From: Octopus sinensis | Taxonomy: Eukaryota | DNA: 64,000 nucleotides | NCBI RefSeq assembly: GCF_006345805.1 | Contig: NC_042997.1 | Location: 80,910,001-80,974,000 of the forward strand | Reading direction: 5' to 3' | In this document: positions 22,557 to 36,948 of the stretch, piece after piece | How the letters are laid out: the number at the start of each line of letters is the position of its first letter | Numbering within the stretch: the stretch's first letter is position 1 | The notes under the pieces: model-generated | Database searches by the model: none | Seen by the model: only the letters and a program-made list of their open reading frames with translations | What the model was told of the DNA's origin: nothing | Position numbers and translations under genes: made by a program

Positions 22557-25367
22557 AGGGGGCAGCCATTTTGAATTTTCCTTACATTTAGCACTTACTA
22601 ATTTGGGTTGGCTGAAGTTGTTTTTGTTGATATATTCATACTTATGACATTTGTTTTATTCCTATTGGATAGAAAAAAAAACATTCTACAACAAAGATAT
22701 ATGGTGAGATAAGGCATAATAAAGCATGTATAATTAATGAAGATTGAAAAAAAATGATTTATAAGTGGTTAACCTCCTTAGTATTAAACATATATGTGGG
22801 GGAGAGGAAGAGGAATAAACAGAGAGAGAAACAGTGTCTCAGGTATAGAGATGCTGGTTGTGGTTGCCCTGGAGATTGGGATATTAATGCTGATGATAAA
22901 AATGGTGATGTTGACAAGGAGGCAAGAGGATAAAAGAGAACCTTTAATTAGGGATAACATATTGAAAAGAGCAAAGGTAAGATATTTAAAAAATAATAAA
23001 TAATAAATGGACCATAACAGTCATTATCAAAAACAGAAACAAAACAAAAAAACCCCCCTTCATTTTGGTGCTAATTTTAAAGGACTGCAATATGTTGCTA
23101 ATGACAATGAAGAAATGATTTAGAGATTGATGTCAAATCATGATAAATATAACCTGTACCTACTTTTCCTGTTTATCATTTGTTAACTCATAACCTTGCC
23201 AGTTCTTAGTTTCCTCATCATCACTACAGTCTGTGTTTCCTCTTCTTCTCCTTCTTCCTCTCCCTCCTCCTCTTCTTCTGCCTTTCCTCCTCTTCCTCTT
23301 TTTCTCCTCCTCTCCCCCTGTCATCCTCCTCCTCCAAATCATCTTACCTCTTTTATCACCCCCCACCACCTGGAAGAGTAGTAAATTATGTATGCAAATA
23401 TACGAATATTGTCATCTCAGATAATATTAACGTAACTGAAAGGAAAGAACCTCATTGTCAGTTTTTTTTTGTTTTTTAAGTCAGGAGAGTAGGGTAGTAA
23501 CCATGATTCTTCACAGGATCTCTGAGATTAGTAGGAACAAAGAAGAGATCTTCAAACTGGAGGTCTAGTTTGAATGCTCACAACAGAGTGGATTTTGCTT
23601 AATGCAATCAAGGTACCTGGTGGTAGTGTTAAACCAAGTAACAAATTAATTCAACCACCTGAGTAGGCTAAACAAGAATGCATTTTGCACCAAAAGCAAA
23701 TATGAGAGTTTCTCTCATAGTGTCTAAAGGAACATCATTGTTTAAGGGAGGATAAACATTATCTCTCAGTATTAATACTGCCTCTGTCACAAATATAAAT
23801 TTCTTAACAAGCTCACTGAGTAATCTCAACATCAGCACCTGTTCTGGCACTGTTTTCCTATATATCACTGACAAGGAGATGAGTTGCTGCTATTTCTAGC
23901 AGTCAAGTGTCCATTAGTGACAAGATCAAGGAGGTTTGAAATCATGTGATCTAGTGGTTTTGGTGCTGGAGGTGACAGGGATTTATCTCTCCACTAGCAA
24001 TATAAACTAGAGTGCAATTTACGCCAAAAGCCAATATGAGAGTTTCTCTTGTGGTATATACCGCAGTATTTGTTCTGGTAGAACATTCACATTAAAGTGA
24101 GGATACTGTCTCTGTTGCAAATATATAAATACTGCAGGACATCTGATCCAACATTCTAAACAGTTCTGCCTATCCATTTTCATGGACTCATACTTTTTAG
24201 CTAACTTTGGCAGAATTTGAACTCAGAATACAAAGGGAATTAGAATAAATGCTTAAAACATTATATCTGATGCTCTAATGATTCTATTATTCCACTGTGT
24301 AGAAAATCTATCTCAAGAAATTCTATGAGATCCATGCCAACATGGAACAGTAAATGATGATGATATATCTTCATCATCATCATCATCATCATCATTGTGT
24401 GTATGTGTGTGTGTGTGTATAACACAGTTTCCATCCACTAAATTCACTCACAAAACATTGGTTAGCCTGGTACTAAAGTAGAAGACATTTGACTGAATGC
24501 CCTTTGTTAGCAGCTGTCAGTGTCAACTGAGTCTATCATGGCTTCTGGACTACAAGACTGTCTGTAGGCTTAAGGGCCTGTTCTGTTCTGTATCAATATT
24601 ATAATGGAGTAGGTTTTCTGCAAATCAGGATGGCTTCATTGTAGTACAAGGCAGCTTCTTTTTTCTGCATTTTACAATGATATTTCTGCTTGTATCTTCA
24701 GATTTTATGTCTCCTTGCTTTCTAATAAAACTAAGTGAATCTTGTGATTCTGAAGTCGATCCCTTGATTTTTTGAACAGAAGTAGACCATTTTCATTTAT
24801 AGTTTTGCCTGTTATCTCCACAACGTCTCACTAGGAAGTAATTTATAAAAAGATAAAGTTTATTGAAGATTTAGTTAGGTCTTTGCTTGACCTTCCATCC
24901 AATTCTGTTTTTTCCTTTCTACTATTTCAACCAGTAGTTCTCCATTTCAATACAACTATGGCTACCATCATCAACTTCAAAAGTAGAGAGAATTTTTATG
25001 TCATCACACAAACAAGCTGACTGATCTATTCAACAGCAACAAGACTGCTACAATTACAAGTCTTTTAAACAGGGAGGATAAAATGGACTATATAAACACT
25101 GATATGTGATAGTAGTTTCTTTGTCTGCTACAATTACAAACCAACAAGGGGTTCTCCATGCAATCACTTGATTTGTTAGAAATAGTAGTCAAATCACTCT
25201 CAGATCATACCTTTCTGTCTTATAAATGATGAGGATAAGATGGACAAGATAAACACTGGTATGTGATGGCAGTTTCTTTGTGTCACAAAGAGTGTCTCAT
25301 CCTCAAGTGCTATGTGAACCAATTCTTGATTCTGCTGGGCTTTTCTTCTGACCTGTGTTTAGTAGTT

Positions 25368-25594
25368 TCAACCACTTAGTATTTAAACTAGCCATATCTG
25401 GCTCAGATATTCTGTGCCTTATGTTCAAACCTGCCAGATCCAGCCTCTCACACCTACCCTACAATGTTAGTCAAAAAATTATACAGTCACATCATCAAAG
25501 TCTCAAAGCTACAAGATGATACATGATTAATTTAAAACAATGTAAATAAATAAGCATTACATTAGACAAAGTAATCTAAATGCTAAAGGGTTCA
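25368..25594. mobile_element. piggyBac-type MITE (related copies at ~27021-27060 and ~29105-29330)
   Basis: Ends resemble TTAA|CCCTTTAGCATT ... AATGCTAAAGGG|TTAA (decayed); the internal sequence is shared with 29105-29330. Confidence 0.65.
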
Positions 25595-28500
25595 AGTGTG
25601 AGGCAGTCCATACAATCCAATCCCAATTATTAGACTTGGAAGTCTGACTACAGTGGTTTAGTGAGCTAAGATGGCTGCAGTGACCAGCAAGCTGTAGGTT
25701 TTACTTTGGAGTGGTGGTCTTCTCCTTATTGAATTACCTTACATGGCTGGAGAGCTTCACCCACCCTGGAAACCCTGATACAGAATAAAACCAAGGCTAA
25801 AAGTTATTTGACAATCAGTTTGCTCACTCAGGGCTGCCCTTGGGTTAAGCAATAACAAAGACAACAACTAATACAATTACCACTAGCCACACCACAGAAA
25901 TCATCATCATTGTCATTGTCATCTCTATTATAACCATCACCATCATAATGGCCATCATCACTTAGTATATTATCATCTGCCTATCTGCTAGTATTGTTGC
26001 ACCGATTAAAATCTTCGCCCTCACTGTGACTACTATTGTTCTCACAACCAACACCGCCATCACCACTACCAACACCACCAACACCAACACCAACAAAAAT
26101 AACAACATCAGCAACAATATTTTTGTATTTATTTTGGTGTAATACATTGAATAGATGGAACATTAATGAAACATATTGACAGCAACAACTTATCATTATC
26201 TCTACCTTTTCATCATTTTCTGGGTGAAATTGTTAGTTCTTGGAAATATAGAAAGAAAGAGAGGGTGGAGATTGAGCAATAGAGAAAGAGTGAGAGGGAG
26301 AGAGAGAAAGAGAGAGAGAGAGAATAAGGAGAGAATGAGAAGAGAAATAGAATCTTCAATATTTAAAAACTGTGTTTCCAACATATATTCAAACTGTAGA
26401 ATCCAAGACAAATTTTACAAATGGCCATTGAGAGAAAAGAGAAGTAGGAGGAGGAGAAAAAGAGGAATGGAAGAAATAATAGGAGGGGGGAGAATTGGAA
26501 GAGAATGAGTGAGAGAGAAAGAGAGAGTGAGATATATTGCAATGAGGTTTAAGAGAATATTTTTTTTATCATTTTTACTGAATATAAAAATATAATCAAT
26601 ACTATCAATGTCTGTGAATTACAAATATTTTGTAACAAGTTAAAACAATATATTTACAGGAATAGTTTGTCTTTCCTTTCCTAATAAAAATAAACCATAA
26701 AGAGAAAAACTATACAGTTTTTTCCCTTCTGTTTTTCATTTTTGTTTTGTCTTCTTTTGATGGGATGTATTTATATTTGTATCTATGAAGCAACTAATGG
26801 TCATGAAAGCAAATCAAATAAAATGAAATAAAGGAAGCAGACCATGCCAGACTTAGAAGAAAAACATTCACTTCACATAGACACTGACTTCTTATGTAAC
26901 TACAAAAGTCCTCCACCTGGAAAGTAAAACAAAACAAAACATTACAAAATATAAAGAAAAAAAACAGCAAAGCAATTTATAACTAGTAGTCTTCTCTATA
27001 ACAAAAATAAACAACTTTATTTAACCCTTTAGCATTCAAACCAGCCAAATCTAGCCACCCATAAAAAATAGTGATATTTGTTCCGACCAACTATACTTAG
27101 GCTCATTGACACATTTTTTCTGGTTGCAGGAAAAACTTCTGTTAGATCAAAGAAAAAGTCAAGTTTTCTTAGTTTCATCATTTTGCTATTTTTGTATCAT
27201 GAATACTAAGTTTCATTATTTCCTTATTTCTGGATTCATTTCTGTCTTTGCTGTCCTGTTTTGTAGTTTTAAGTGTTGTGTGTACATGTGTGCACACATG
27301 CATGTATGTGTATGTGTGTGTGAATGTATGTTTGTGTGGCTTTAATAAAAGCATATTACTCTGCCTTTAGTATTCGAGTACTATTTTTTCCACCTTGTTT
27401 TGCATTTATGTGCTTACAAGTGAGTGTGTGTGTGTGTATGTGTGTGATAAATATGTGATCATTACTCCACCACTGCAATATGTCATATCTTCCTAACTTA
27501 CTACAAGTTTTGCTTTGTGTACAATGGGGATTTCATATAAAGAAAAAGCAACTCAAGTTTTTCTTTGGATACCAAATGCAAGAAAATGCCTCTGAAGATA
27601 TCTGGTATCTTTGCATTACAAAGACAAGCATATTTGTTCAGATTTCCTTGAAATGGATCAGATTAGTGACCAGGAGAGAAATATGCTTCATTTAAACCAT
27701 TCGATTATATAACCCCATGATCTATTATCAGAACTTGTCAAAAGACCTTATCTTCATCTCTTGAATCTAGAGCCAGTTAGCAAAGTAGACTAATTTTTCA
27801 TTCATTTCTTCTCCTAAGTTAAAGGTTTGGCTGAATTTGAGCTCAGCACTGTATGCTTATACAGCATTCAATAATTATATGGTAAGCGTTTCCATGGTTA
27901 GATCTTCATATCTTTGGCATATTTTGTTTGTACATAAAACTTTAAAGACCCTAATGTATTCATACCAAATTCGAAATGTAGGAATATTACATGTGTAATC
28001 TGCAACAGATCTAAATAACAATTCACAAACTACAGCATCTACGGTATGTTTGATCTGAGTAAAGAATCATTGCATAATGTGACAATCTAAATGGCCAGGG
28101 TTTCATTTTTATATTATTTTTGGACTACTTCTTGCTTCCTATTTTGATGCTTCTTATAGGAAGACATGTGCTTGTATTTACATATCAGAATATTTTTGGA
28201 AAATATAAATTTCTTGGGTGAGAACTAAAATAGGAAGAAAACCAATTAGTTTATTATGTTTATGTCTACATTAAAAGTTTAAATATATACATTAATACAT
28301 ATTAGTTTAGTAAGTTTATTTGTAAACATACTGAAATGTTTAAAACATATTTAATGTTATTGGAGATAAAAATTGAGTTTAATATGTGAGAACTTTCAGG
28401 AAATCATTCAGCTAGCATCAAATCTAATGGTTTAAAGCTAGTTGACTTATTTCAAGTTCACAGTGGCTATTGCATTTGTTGACAGAGATCGTTCATAACT

Positions 28501-29458
28501 ACTCACCAGTGGACATAATTTATTACATAACAAAGGAATCAATTAGGTCAATTTATGAAACTGTATGTATAAGTTTAAAATATATTTATTACTTCTACCA
28601 AGGTTTTTATATATTATACACTGAAACGAATAAAGGTTTCTGTTGATCTTTGTAACTCAGTAACTTATTAAAATGTTAACATGCCTTAGTAAATGTTATA
28701 TATATTTCATAATATATGCAAACTTCCTAGCAAATTTTAAATTAACAAAATTCTGCTTGTAATTTCTGTAATATATGTTGTCTCTTTTAACCATTCCTAT
28801 TGTCAAAGAGGATTTTTATTAATTCTATATCAACATTGTACAAAATTATTGAAATATATATTGCAACTCAAAGGATATATAAAAAAAATACTAAATAAAT
28901 TATTGCTCTGCAAGGGATTGTAAAATATTCTGCTTTATATGTTGAATGTGTTGTAACATATTTAATGTATGAGCAAATATATTTCAACGAATGAAAATTA
29001 CCTTTACAGTGAGGGGAGGCAATAAAATAGGCTCAAAGACTTATGTTAGTATTGGTCTAGGAAAAAATGGGGATGATAACTTTGAAATTAAAATGTTTGA
29101 ATTCCATTGAAACTGGCATTTAAACTGGCCATACCCAGCCTAAATATTCCACCTGTTTTATGTTCAAACCAGTCAGATCTAACCTTTCATATCAATCCTA
29201 CAATGTCATACTAAAAATAAACAATCACATCATCAAAAATCTCGAAGTTATGAGATAATACATATTAGTTCAAAACAATGTGAATAAATAAGCATTAAGT
29301 TTAATAGAGTAATGTGAATGTTGAAGAATAAAAGCTCAATCAAAAATTATTTCATATGGTTAGCTTTCTTTGTCACACTAACTTGTGTGGATACCTAGTT
29401 AGTATATATTGTGGTATAGGGAAAAAAAAGTAGTTCACCTACTTCACAAATCCTCATG

Positions 29459-31736
29459 TAATGTCAATCCGTTCCAGATGGAACATATCCATGAGTACCC
29501 TACCTGTCTAACCTCTGGCTAGAAGCTAGCAGCAAATTCTCTGAACTCACACAACCACCACGTTCATCCCAAGTGGCAGCTTCAAAGCAAAAGGAGGCCC
29601 ATGCTAGTTGCCCTCCAGCTCACATGACCTTCCTTGCTCCTGTCTTTCCAGCAAAGCCCCTCGGCTGTTTGCATGATATCGCTGACCCTATACTTCCAGT
29701 AAGGCCCACAAGCCTTCCTGATCTCATAGTCTACCCTATCATCTCATTTGAAGTCAAAATCCACCATCCATCTGGGAAGATGTCTTTCCCACTGTGACCT
29801 CCATAGAGATGTCATCTGACAACTTAATGATCCTGCAGGCATCTATGGCGGCCATTATTATTCCTTTTCCTCACAGATGTGCAGAGATTGGGAAGTTGAC
29901 CCAAACTTCATCCCCTACTTGGCTGAAGGTAAGCTCTCTTTCTTTTGCAGGTCATTTTGATACCATACATGGATGTCATCAGTCATATTTGAATATTGCT
30001 CTATGTGATACCAATTGGGGCTACATATTATGCAAATTACTACCTCAATTGGTGAGATATGCCTCCTTTACATCATGGACTTGATTGTGTGATGATGTCT
30101 TTCTATGATCCCATTTTCATTTGGCCTATACACCATTCTGAAGAAGCAGTTCATGTTCCCCTTATCAAGCATTTCCTTCAGCACTTGCAACCAAAATGCT
30201 GTTGTCCATCAGCAATTCATCCACAGGGCCCCACTCCAGGTATATCTTCTTCAGGATTTGTGCAATTTCATCTGCAGTCCTTGTTTTGATTTCCCTCTAT
30301 ATTACCATTTGCCCAAGTTGACAGTTGACCATTGAGAAATACAACCACTGCCATTTGTTTCCAGTTGTGTTCCATGGGGGTGTTCCCCCCCACCCATCAG
30401 AGCAGGGTCGATGGATTGACACCTGAAACACTCCCAACCACTTTCTGAATGCTCTGATAATGTTGGAGTTAACTTACCTGGCTAGTTACAGAGTACTACC
30501 TACTCCCATATAATGCATGGCATGCAATCTCCTTAGCTCCAAGTCACTCAGCTGATACATTGCAGCTATCCCCCATTTTGAATCATCAGACACTTCCAAT
30601 CAGGTTTTCTTCACCCTGGTTAGAATCTCTACCTTATTTCTTTCCAAGGGCACAAAGTCCAAGCTCAACTTCAGTTCGAATTCAGTAGCTAGCTCTCTCA
30701 GAATACTTAGGTGGTGCTTTATTATTTTTCTGCTGCTCTTTTGGGCTTCAGTTCCCTGCTGCTCTTTTGGGCTTCAGTTCCCTGCAGTCCCTCACCATGT
30801 GCATACCCTGGCACCTGAAACACTGGCCTTTAAATGCTCATAGCCACACCACAGGGTCTCTCTTCTCATCATTCATCATTGCAACCTGACAAGGTATGCA
30901 TTTCACTTATTGTTTTGCATCAACACATGGACTTGAGTGATGAGTTCACACATAGACATCTTGTCATTATCTGGCAGCTGTTGCATCCACACTGATATCG
31001 CATCAGGGAAAATATTCATGAATGTAAGCCACACTGCTTTTTCAGCCCTTCCTCTGTAAATCCAGAGAGTGTGACCAACCTTTGAATTTCTGCTGCATAA
31101 ATGTCAACCTGCTCTCCTCTCCAACTCTCCTTTCCTACAACTCTTCTGTAAACACTTCCTTTAAGCACCATTCGATCTTCTCCACATCCAGTTAGTCTGC
31201 TTCGTCATTTTGAGGTATGATGCAAATATATTTCCCTCCAAATACAGAACAATGAGACCTATCACATCTTCAATGCCCTGCAGCTTGGCCAACACCTTGA
31301 TCTTCCAGGTCCAGGTGATAACATCACCCTTGTCACAGAAGGGTTTGATGGCATCTCTACTGATCCTTATTTTTGCTGATGTATTGTCCAGAAAGGGAGG
31401 GAGAAATTTACACAGGTCAAAATAGCTTGAAGCATGGGGAAAAAACATAGCTCATCTATCTTTCAGATCCTTTCTTAATGTCAGTCCTTTCCAGATTGTA
31501 TATATCTGTGAGTTCCCTACCAGCCTAACTGCTGGCTAGAACCTAGCAGCAAATTCCCTGAACTCATGTGGCTACCACACCTGTCCAGAGTAGCAATCCA
31601 TAAAGCAAAAGAGGCTCATGCTAGTCATCCTTCTGCTCACATGACCTCCCTTGCACTTGTCTTTCCAGTAAGGCCCCTGTCACCATTCTCGTGACATCAC
31701 TGACCCTATACTTTTAGCAAGCCCCCATGCCCCACA
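29459..31736 (-). mobile_element. Internally deleted Gypsy-like LTR retrotransposon
   Basis: Diverged direct repeats of ~250 bp (29459-29710 and ~31476-31736, both ending cccaca). Minus strand holds gag-like ORF 31161-31448 (IKPFCDKGDV..W..K..LAKLQ.IEDV...I.LYLEG) and an integrase remnant (YRPNENGIIERHH.TIK, ~30070-30140). I found no RT. Confidence 0.7.
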
Positions 31737-31790
31737 TATATATAGTAATTGTTTATCACTTGATGAGACCAATGCTGGAAAATGTTACAC

Positions 31791-31828
31791 TCCACTGATG
31801 AGATCTAATAATACTGAAACATGTCTAG
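31791..31828 (+). ncRNA. Degenerate type I hammerhead-like motif
   Basis: cca-CTGATGA-gatctaataatact-GAAA-CATG-TC-tag: both core boxes, palindromic stem III and a GUC triplet are present; stems I and II are partly broken. Confidence 0.4.
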
Positions 31829-33149
31829 TTATTATCATAAATAGAAATATAAAATTAAGTTATTATTCTCTTTTGAATGCTTTTATTTCTTCAGTGCATG
31901 ATTAATTCAAATTTTAATTAAGTAAAATTTCAGAATTGTTGACCCTCTGCTTTGGTCAGATTTGATTAACATTAAGCACTGGAATTGTTTCTTTCTCCTC
32001 ACTGCAAAGATGGTTGATTAGTTATTAATTTTCAGCTCACTGTATTAAATATGTTTGCACTCACTCACCTAGAGCATTTCATATGGTTGCCACAGGTAAG
32101 TAATTTCACATACACATTATAATGTGAAATTTATTTAAACCATTTTCCTTTTAACTCACTGTCTCTGCTCTAACAAAAATACATTCAGCTATTTTAGCAT
32201 AAGATGTGACTTTCTTCTATTTGAGATTCTTCTGTATTTCTTCCATCATGATATTCAATGACTTGAATAAGAGAGGAAAGAAAACATTAATAGCCTGCAT
32301 ACTTTTAATGTGCAGATTTCTGTTTGAAATTAGGTCATTTTCCATTTGTTAAATCCTTATGCTTAGAACTATATGAGTGCATATGTACATGTATCTAAGT
32401 AAGTGTGCATATATGTATAAGTATGTATCTGCATATATGTATATATGCATACATTTATACATACATATACATACATATACATACAAATACATAGAACCAA
32501 TATTTACATACTATTATTTGTATTTTTATGTGAAACTTGAGCACCACTATTTGAAAAAAGAATTATATATATATATATATATAAAAAAGTGATAGATGTA
32601 TAGATATTGTTGTAGATTAGATGCTGCTTGTCTGCTGAAGAATTCTAAATCAAAATACAAAAGTAGTTTGTTGTCTTTCTCTAAATGCTTAAGATAAATT
32701 TAAATATGCCAAGACTCCATAACAGTAGCATATTGGCTGTAACTTGATTACTTTGGAATTTGAAGCCTTTTCAAACACTGAGCTCTGTACGAAGAATGTA
32801 ATTAAAGTATTCTTGTTAGTCACAAGATAAACAGCTTGTCCATTAAGCAATAATACTTGCCAAAATTAAATTATAATCCTTGCCAAGGCTGAATATTTAT
32901 CGTAAAGTTCCCCTATATTACCCTGTCCTTATATATTTTCAGAACTATCTGAAGTGCTCAATAGAAAGAATTTTGCCTCTCTCAGATGAAGTGTCAGTCT
33001 TAAAATACCAGGTTCCTCTTCTCTCTGCACCATGCAAATTCATTAAAACTCATGAACTTCATTATACAAAGTTTTCATCTTAAATGGAAATGCCACTGAT
33101 TAAGTTATTAGTTGTTTGGATGTCAGTCTATGAGTTGAATGGCCAATGG

Positions 33150-33950
33150 TTTTTATCCCATCTTCTGCACAGCAATATCTTTCTGGATGAAACACTTTAT
33201 TCTCAATGGCTTCATCTATCTAACTGTGAATGGATATCACAGGTAGATCATTTTCTTCTTTGATATCCTCTTCCATATCCATAAAGGGAGTGGCTCAAGA
33301 CAACAATTGTGGTGTATTCAACATTTGCCAGTTTACATCCACCTTCTAGATCCCATTAACCTGTTTTCCAACACAAAAATAGTAGGCTGTATCTTCTTTT
33401 TTCAAAGTTATGTTCAGTTAGAATTAACCAATGTTTGTACTTCTGACAACAGCAATAACTTTGATATGTCTTCATATGTACTTCAAGGAGACATACTTGC
33501 ACTTTACCTCTTTATAATTGTTACAGATAATGTAATGTGTCTGTTTTGCATTATCAGTTTTAAGTGACAATCCCTTGTCAGGTCAAAGGCTATTGACAAG
33601 TTCTGGAACTACTTCTGCAAAGTAGCACACAAAATCAATGAATTAAAAACCAAAGTGATGTTTATTGGTGACCTGAATACTGAAATCGTATATCCTGTCT
33701 CAAATTTGACTTCCTATTGTAATATTTTTTACTATGTCATATGTGTGACATGGTAGACTGTAGAAATACTTTTAGACAATGACACCAATTAGAATAGATA
33801 ACAGCATGCAAGCTTTACTTTATTGGAGTTGGTCAATCAGTGACAAAATTAGTATTCTACTTTTCAAAACTGGACAATAACAGGAAAAGATATAACATCT
33901 TGGACATCACTCTCTTTTACAATTTACACTTGGAGTTCTTTTCAAGAAAA
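33150..33950 (+). pseudogene. Degraded LINE reverse transcriptase relic
   Basis: ORF 33307-33567 contains VLQGDILALYLFIIVTDNVM, matching the RT motif GVLQGDTLAPYLFIIV.DYVM. Confidence 0.65.
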
Positions 33951-34211
33951 ATCAAATTATGAACAGAGAATTTTTCTGCTGGTTCTACTATTGCTCTATA
34001 AATAGCAGGCTTACAATATACTTGACAAATATTTTGTCAGTTTACAGTAGTGTTGAGACAAAAATCCTCTTGTGAATACAGATATCTTGGAGAATGAAAC
34101 AGAAAGATGTGCAAGTACTTTACCAGGCTAACTTACTCTTATAACATTACATAGAGTCAAGCACTCTCATAAGTACCATTAAACCCAAATGGAGTTTAAA
34201 GGTTTCATTTA

Positions 34212-35501
34212 CGAGGGACGTTCAATAAGTAATGCCTCTGACCCACTTGCAGTTGTTTGATCTAGCTGAAATTTTGCATGTGCAATTATTTATATCTCTA
34301 TAGAGTAAGTGGCAAATTACAGCTCTGAATTAATTGTGGTTTCTGATTTACAGGTGTTTGAACCGAGTCAAGTGTGAAATGGAGCCTGTTGAGTGTCGAG
34401 CAGTGATCCGGTTTTTGTATTTGAAAGGACGCACACCACGGGAGACTTTTGATGAAATGAAAGTAACTTATGGTGATGATGCCCCATCATATGACCTTGT
34501 AAAACGCTGGCATCGTGAATTCAAACATGGTCGGAACTCTGTGGAAACAGCTCCCAGATCTGGTCGCCCCTTCTGCCATTGATGAGGCATCTGTCCGTCA
34601 AGTTGAGGCTGCCATTTTGGAAGATCAACGCATAATTATTCGCCAAATAGCCCATGAGGTCAAGATTAGTACCGGGTCTGTGGAAACTATCATTCATGAC
34701 TATTTGCATATGCAAAAGGTGTCTGCCAGATGGATTCCCAGGTTGCTCACGCCTTTCCAGAAGCAAGAATGCATCGAGTGCTTGAGGGTGAATTTGGAGA
34801 TGTGCCAAGAAAATGACTCAAAATTTTTCAAAAGACTGATTACACAGGATGAAACCTGGGTCCATCACGATGATCCAGAGACCAAAGCCCAGTCAATGCA
34901 GTGGAAGCACCGTGACTCACCCCCTCCAAAGAAGGCAAGGGTGCAGCCCTCCGCTGGCAAGGTCATGATCACAGTCTTCTGGGACCAGGACGGAGTAGTG
35001 ACGACAGATTTCCTGGCAAAGGGTACCACAATTGCAGGAGCCTATTATGCTTCACTTTTGAGGAAATTAAGAGAAGTTATCAAAATCAAGAGGCGGGGCA
35101 AGATCAGCAAAGGCATCCTCCTCCTGCAGGACAACGCTCCGGTCCACAACTCGCTTGTCGCCAGATCAGAAGCACAGGTGTATGACTATGAACTTCTCCC
35201 CCATCCCCCTACTTTCCTGACCTTGCACCCACTGATTTTCACCTCTTCCCAGTTATGAAGTTGTTTTTGAAAGGAAAGCGTTTCCCAGATGATGCAGCCT
35301 TGATTTCTGAAGTCACATTCAGGTTGGAGGACCAAGCTGGGGTCTTCTACAAAAACGGTCTCCAGAGCTGCATCAAGCAATGGGAGAAATGCGTAACTCT
35401 GGGTGGTTCCTATGTAGAAAAAGACTAATAACTGTGCCAAGTTTCGTTGCTCTACTGCTATGGGAAGTGGGTCAGGGGCATTACTTATTGAACGCCCCTC
35501 G
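34212..35501 (+). mobile_element. Full-length mariner transposon (1290 bp) with frameshifted transposase
   Basis: TA-flanked TIRs cgagggacgttcaataagtaatgcc / ggcattacttattgaacgcccctcg. Transposase MEPVECRAVIRFL...RSGRP, WIPRLL, TQDETWVHH, LLQDNAPVH, HPP; frameshifts near 34570 and 35210. Confidence 0.95.
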
Positions 35502-36948
35502 TAGGTACTGTTGCAGAGAGGAAATTACCAAATGGATTATGGATCAAATTATTGCATTATGGGCCATAAGTTTTCATTTTTTGGAAGCATTTCAATATAT
35601 CAAGATTTAAAACAATGAAGTAGCCTGTATGTACTTACTGAAACTGCTTGAAATAGCAGCCAAAAATCCTTCAAATTTTATTTTTTTATATTTAAAATAA
35701 ATGAACACCTTGGATAACATAATCCTTGGTATAATATGCCAGATAAAAAAGGGTGGGTTGGTCAAATTTATCTACTTAACTACCTAAATAGAAATTCTGA
35801 GTCCCATCTTCTTAGTTTTACTGAAATAGAATGTGGGACTCTTGGACCATAAAGACCTCAGTTTTTATTTTGAGCTATTTTATTTTTTTATTTTAATTTT
35901 ACTGTTTTATGTTGCCAAGGTGATGACAGTGGTAGACCTAGAGCATTAGCGTTAGCAAATAAACATTTTGTGTACAATTTACTAACTCTAATATGGTTTA
36001 GAGATGGTTTCAAATATTTAACAAAGCAATACTTATTAAAAATTGCTGCTAGAAATGTTGTTTACTCAGAGTATGACTGACTGGGTCTAGTGAGTGTAAA
36101 TGTTTGTCGTGTATGTTTAATTCATAGGGATGTTTAGTGTATGTGCACAAACGTGTGTGTGCGTGTATGCATGCATGCTTGTGTGTGTGTGTGTGTCTAT
36201 TGCTGTATCAGTGAGTTTGGTGAAAGGTATATTTGTATTTTTCATGAATACATGTATGTGTATCTAATGAATATGTGTGCAGAGCATGAACATGCATATG
36301 TATGTTTAGTAAATATGTCTATATTTACCTAATGAATACTTGAGTGTGTCTGTGTGGATGTTTATGTGTATCTTGTGAAAATATGTACTATATGTCTAAG
36401 AATATTTCTATATTATTAGTTTATATGTATGTCTTTATGTGTATACATACATACACACCCATACATACATATATACATACATACATACATACATACATAC
36501 ATACATACATACATACATACATACATACATACATACATACATACATGCATGCATACATATATAAGCATGTTCCCTGCATCCCTCTTCAGCTCAGCAATTC
36601 TAATCTTCTGGGTTCATGGGTACTGGTGCCATGTAAAAGCACCTGTATCAGTGCTGTGTAAAAGCACCCAGTACACTCTGTAAAGTGGTTGGTGTTAGGA
36701 AGTGCATCCAATTATTGAAACCATTTCAAAACAGCTGACCAGCTCCTGTGAAACCATCCAACTCATGCCAGCATGAAAAATGGGCATTAAATGATGATGA
36801 TGATGATGATGATGATATATTAGAAATAATTTTATTCTGTTTATTTTTCCCTTCTTTGCTTACTCAAATTAACCTTAATAAGGTTTGAGCTCAGCACCAA
36901 AATCTAAAGAACATAATGTCAAGCTAATCTAATATTACTTATAAATTA

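Noticed and set aside
23160-23370. Polypyrimidine tract and its E/R/G-rich ORF (also the purine tract at 26270-26530)
   Set aside because: Simple low-complexity DNA common in such genomes; no further structure.
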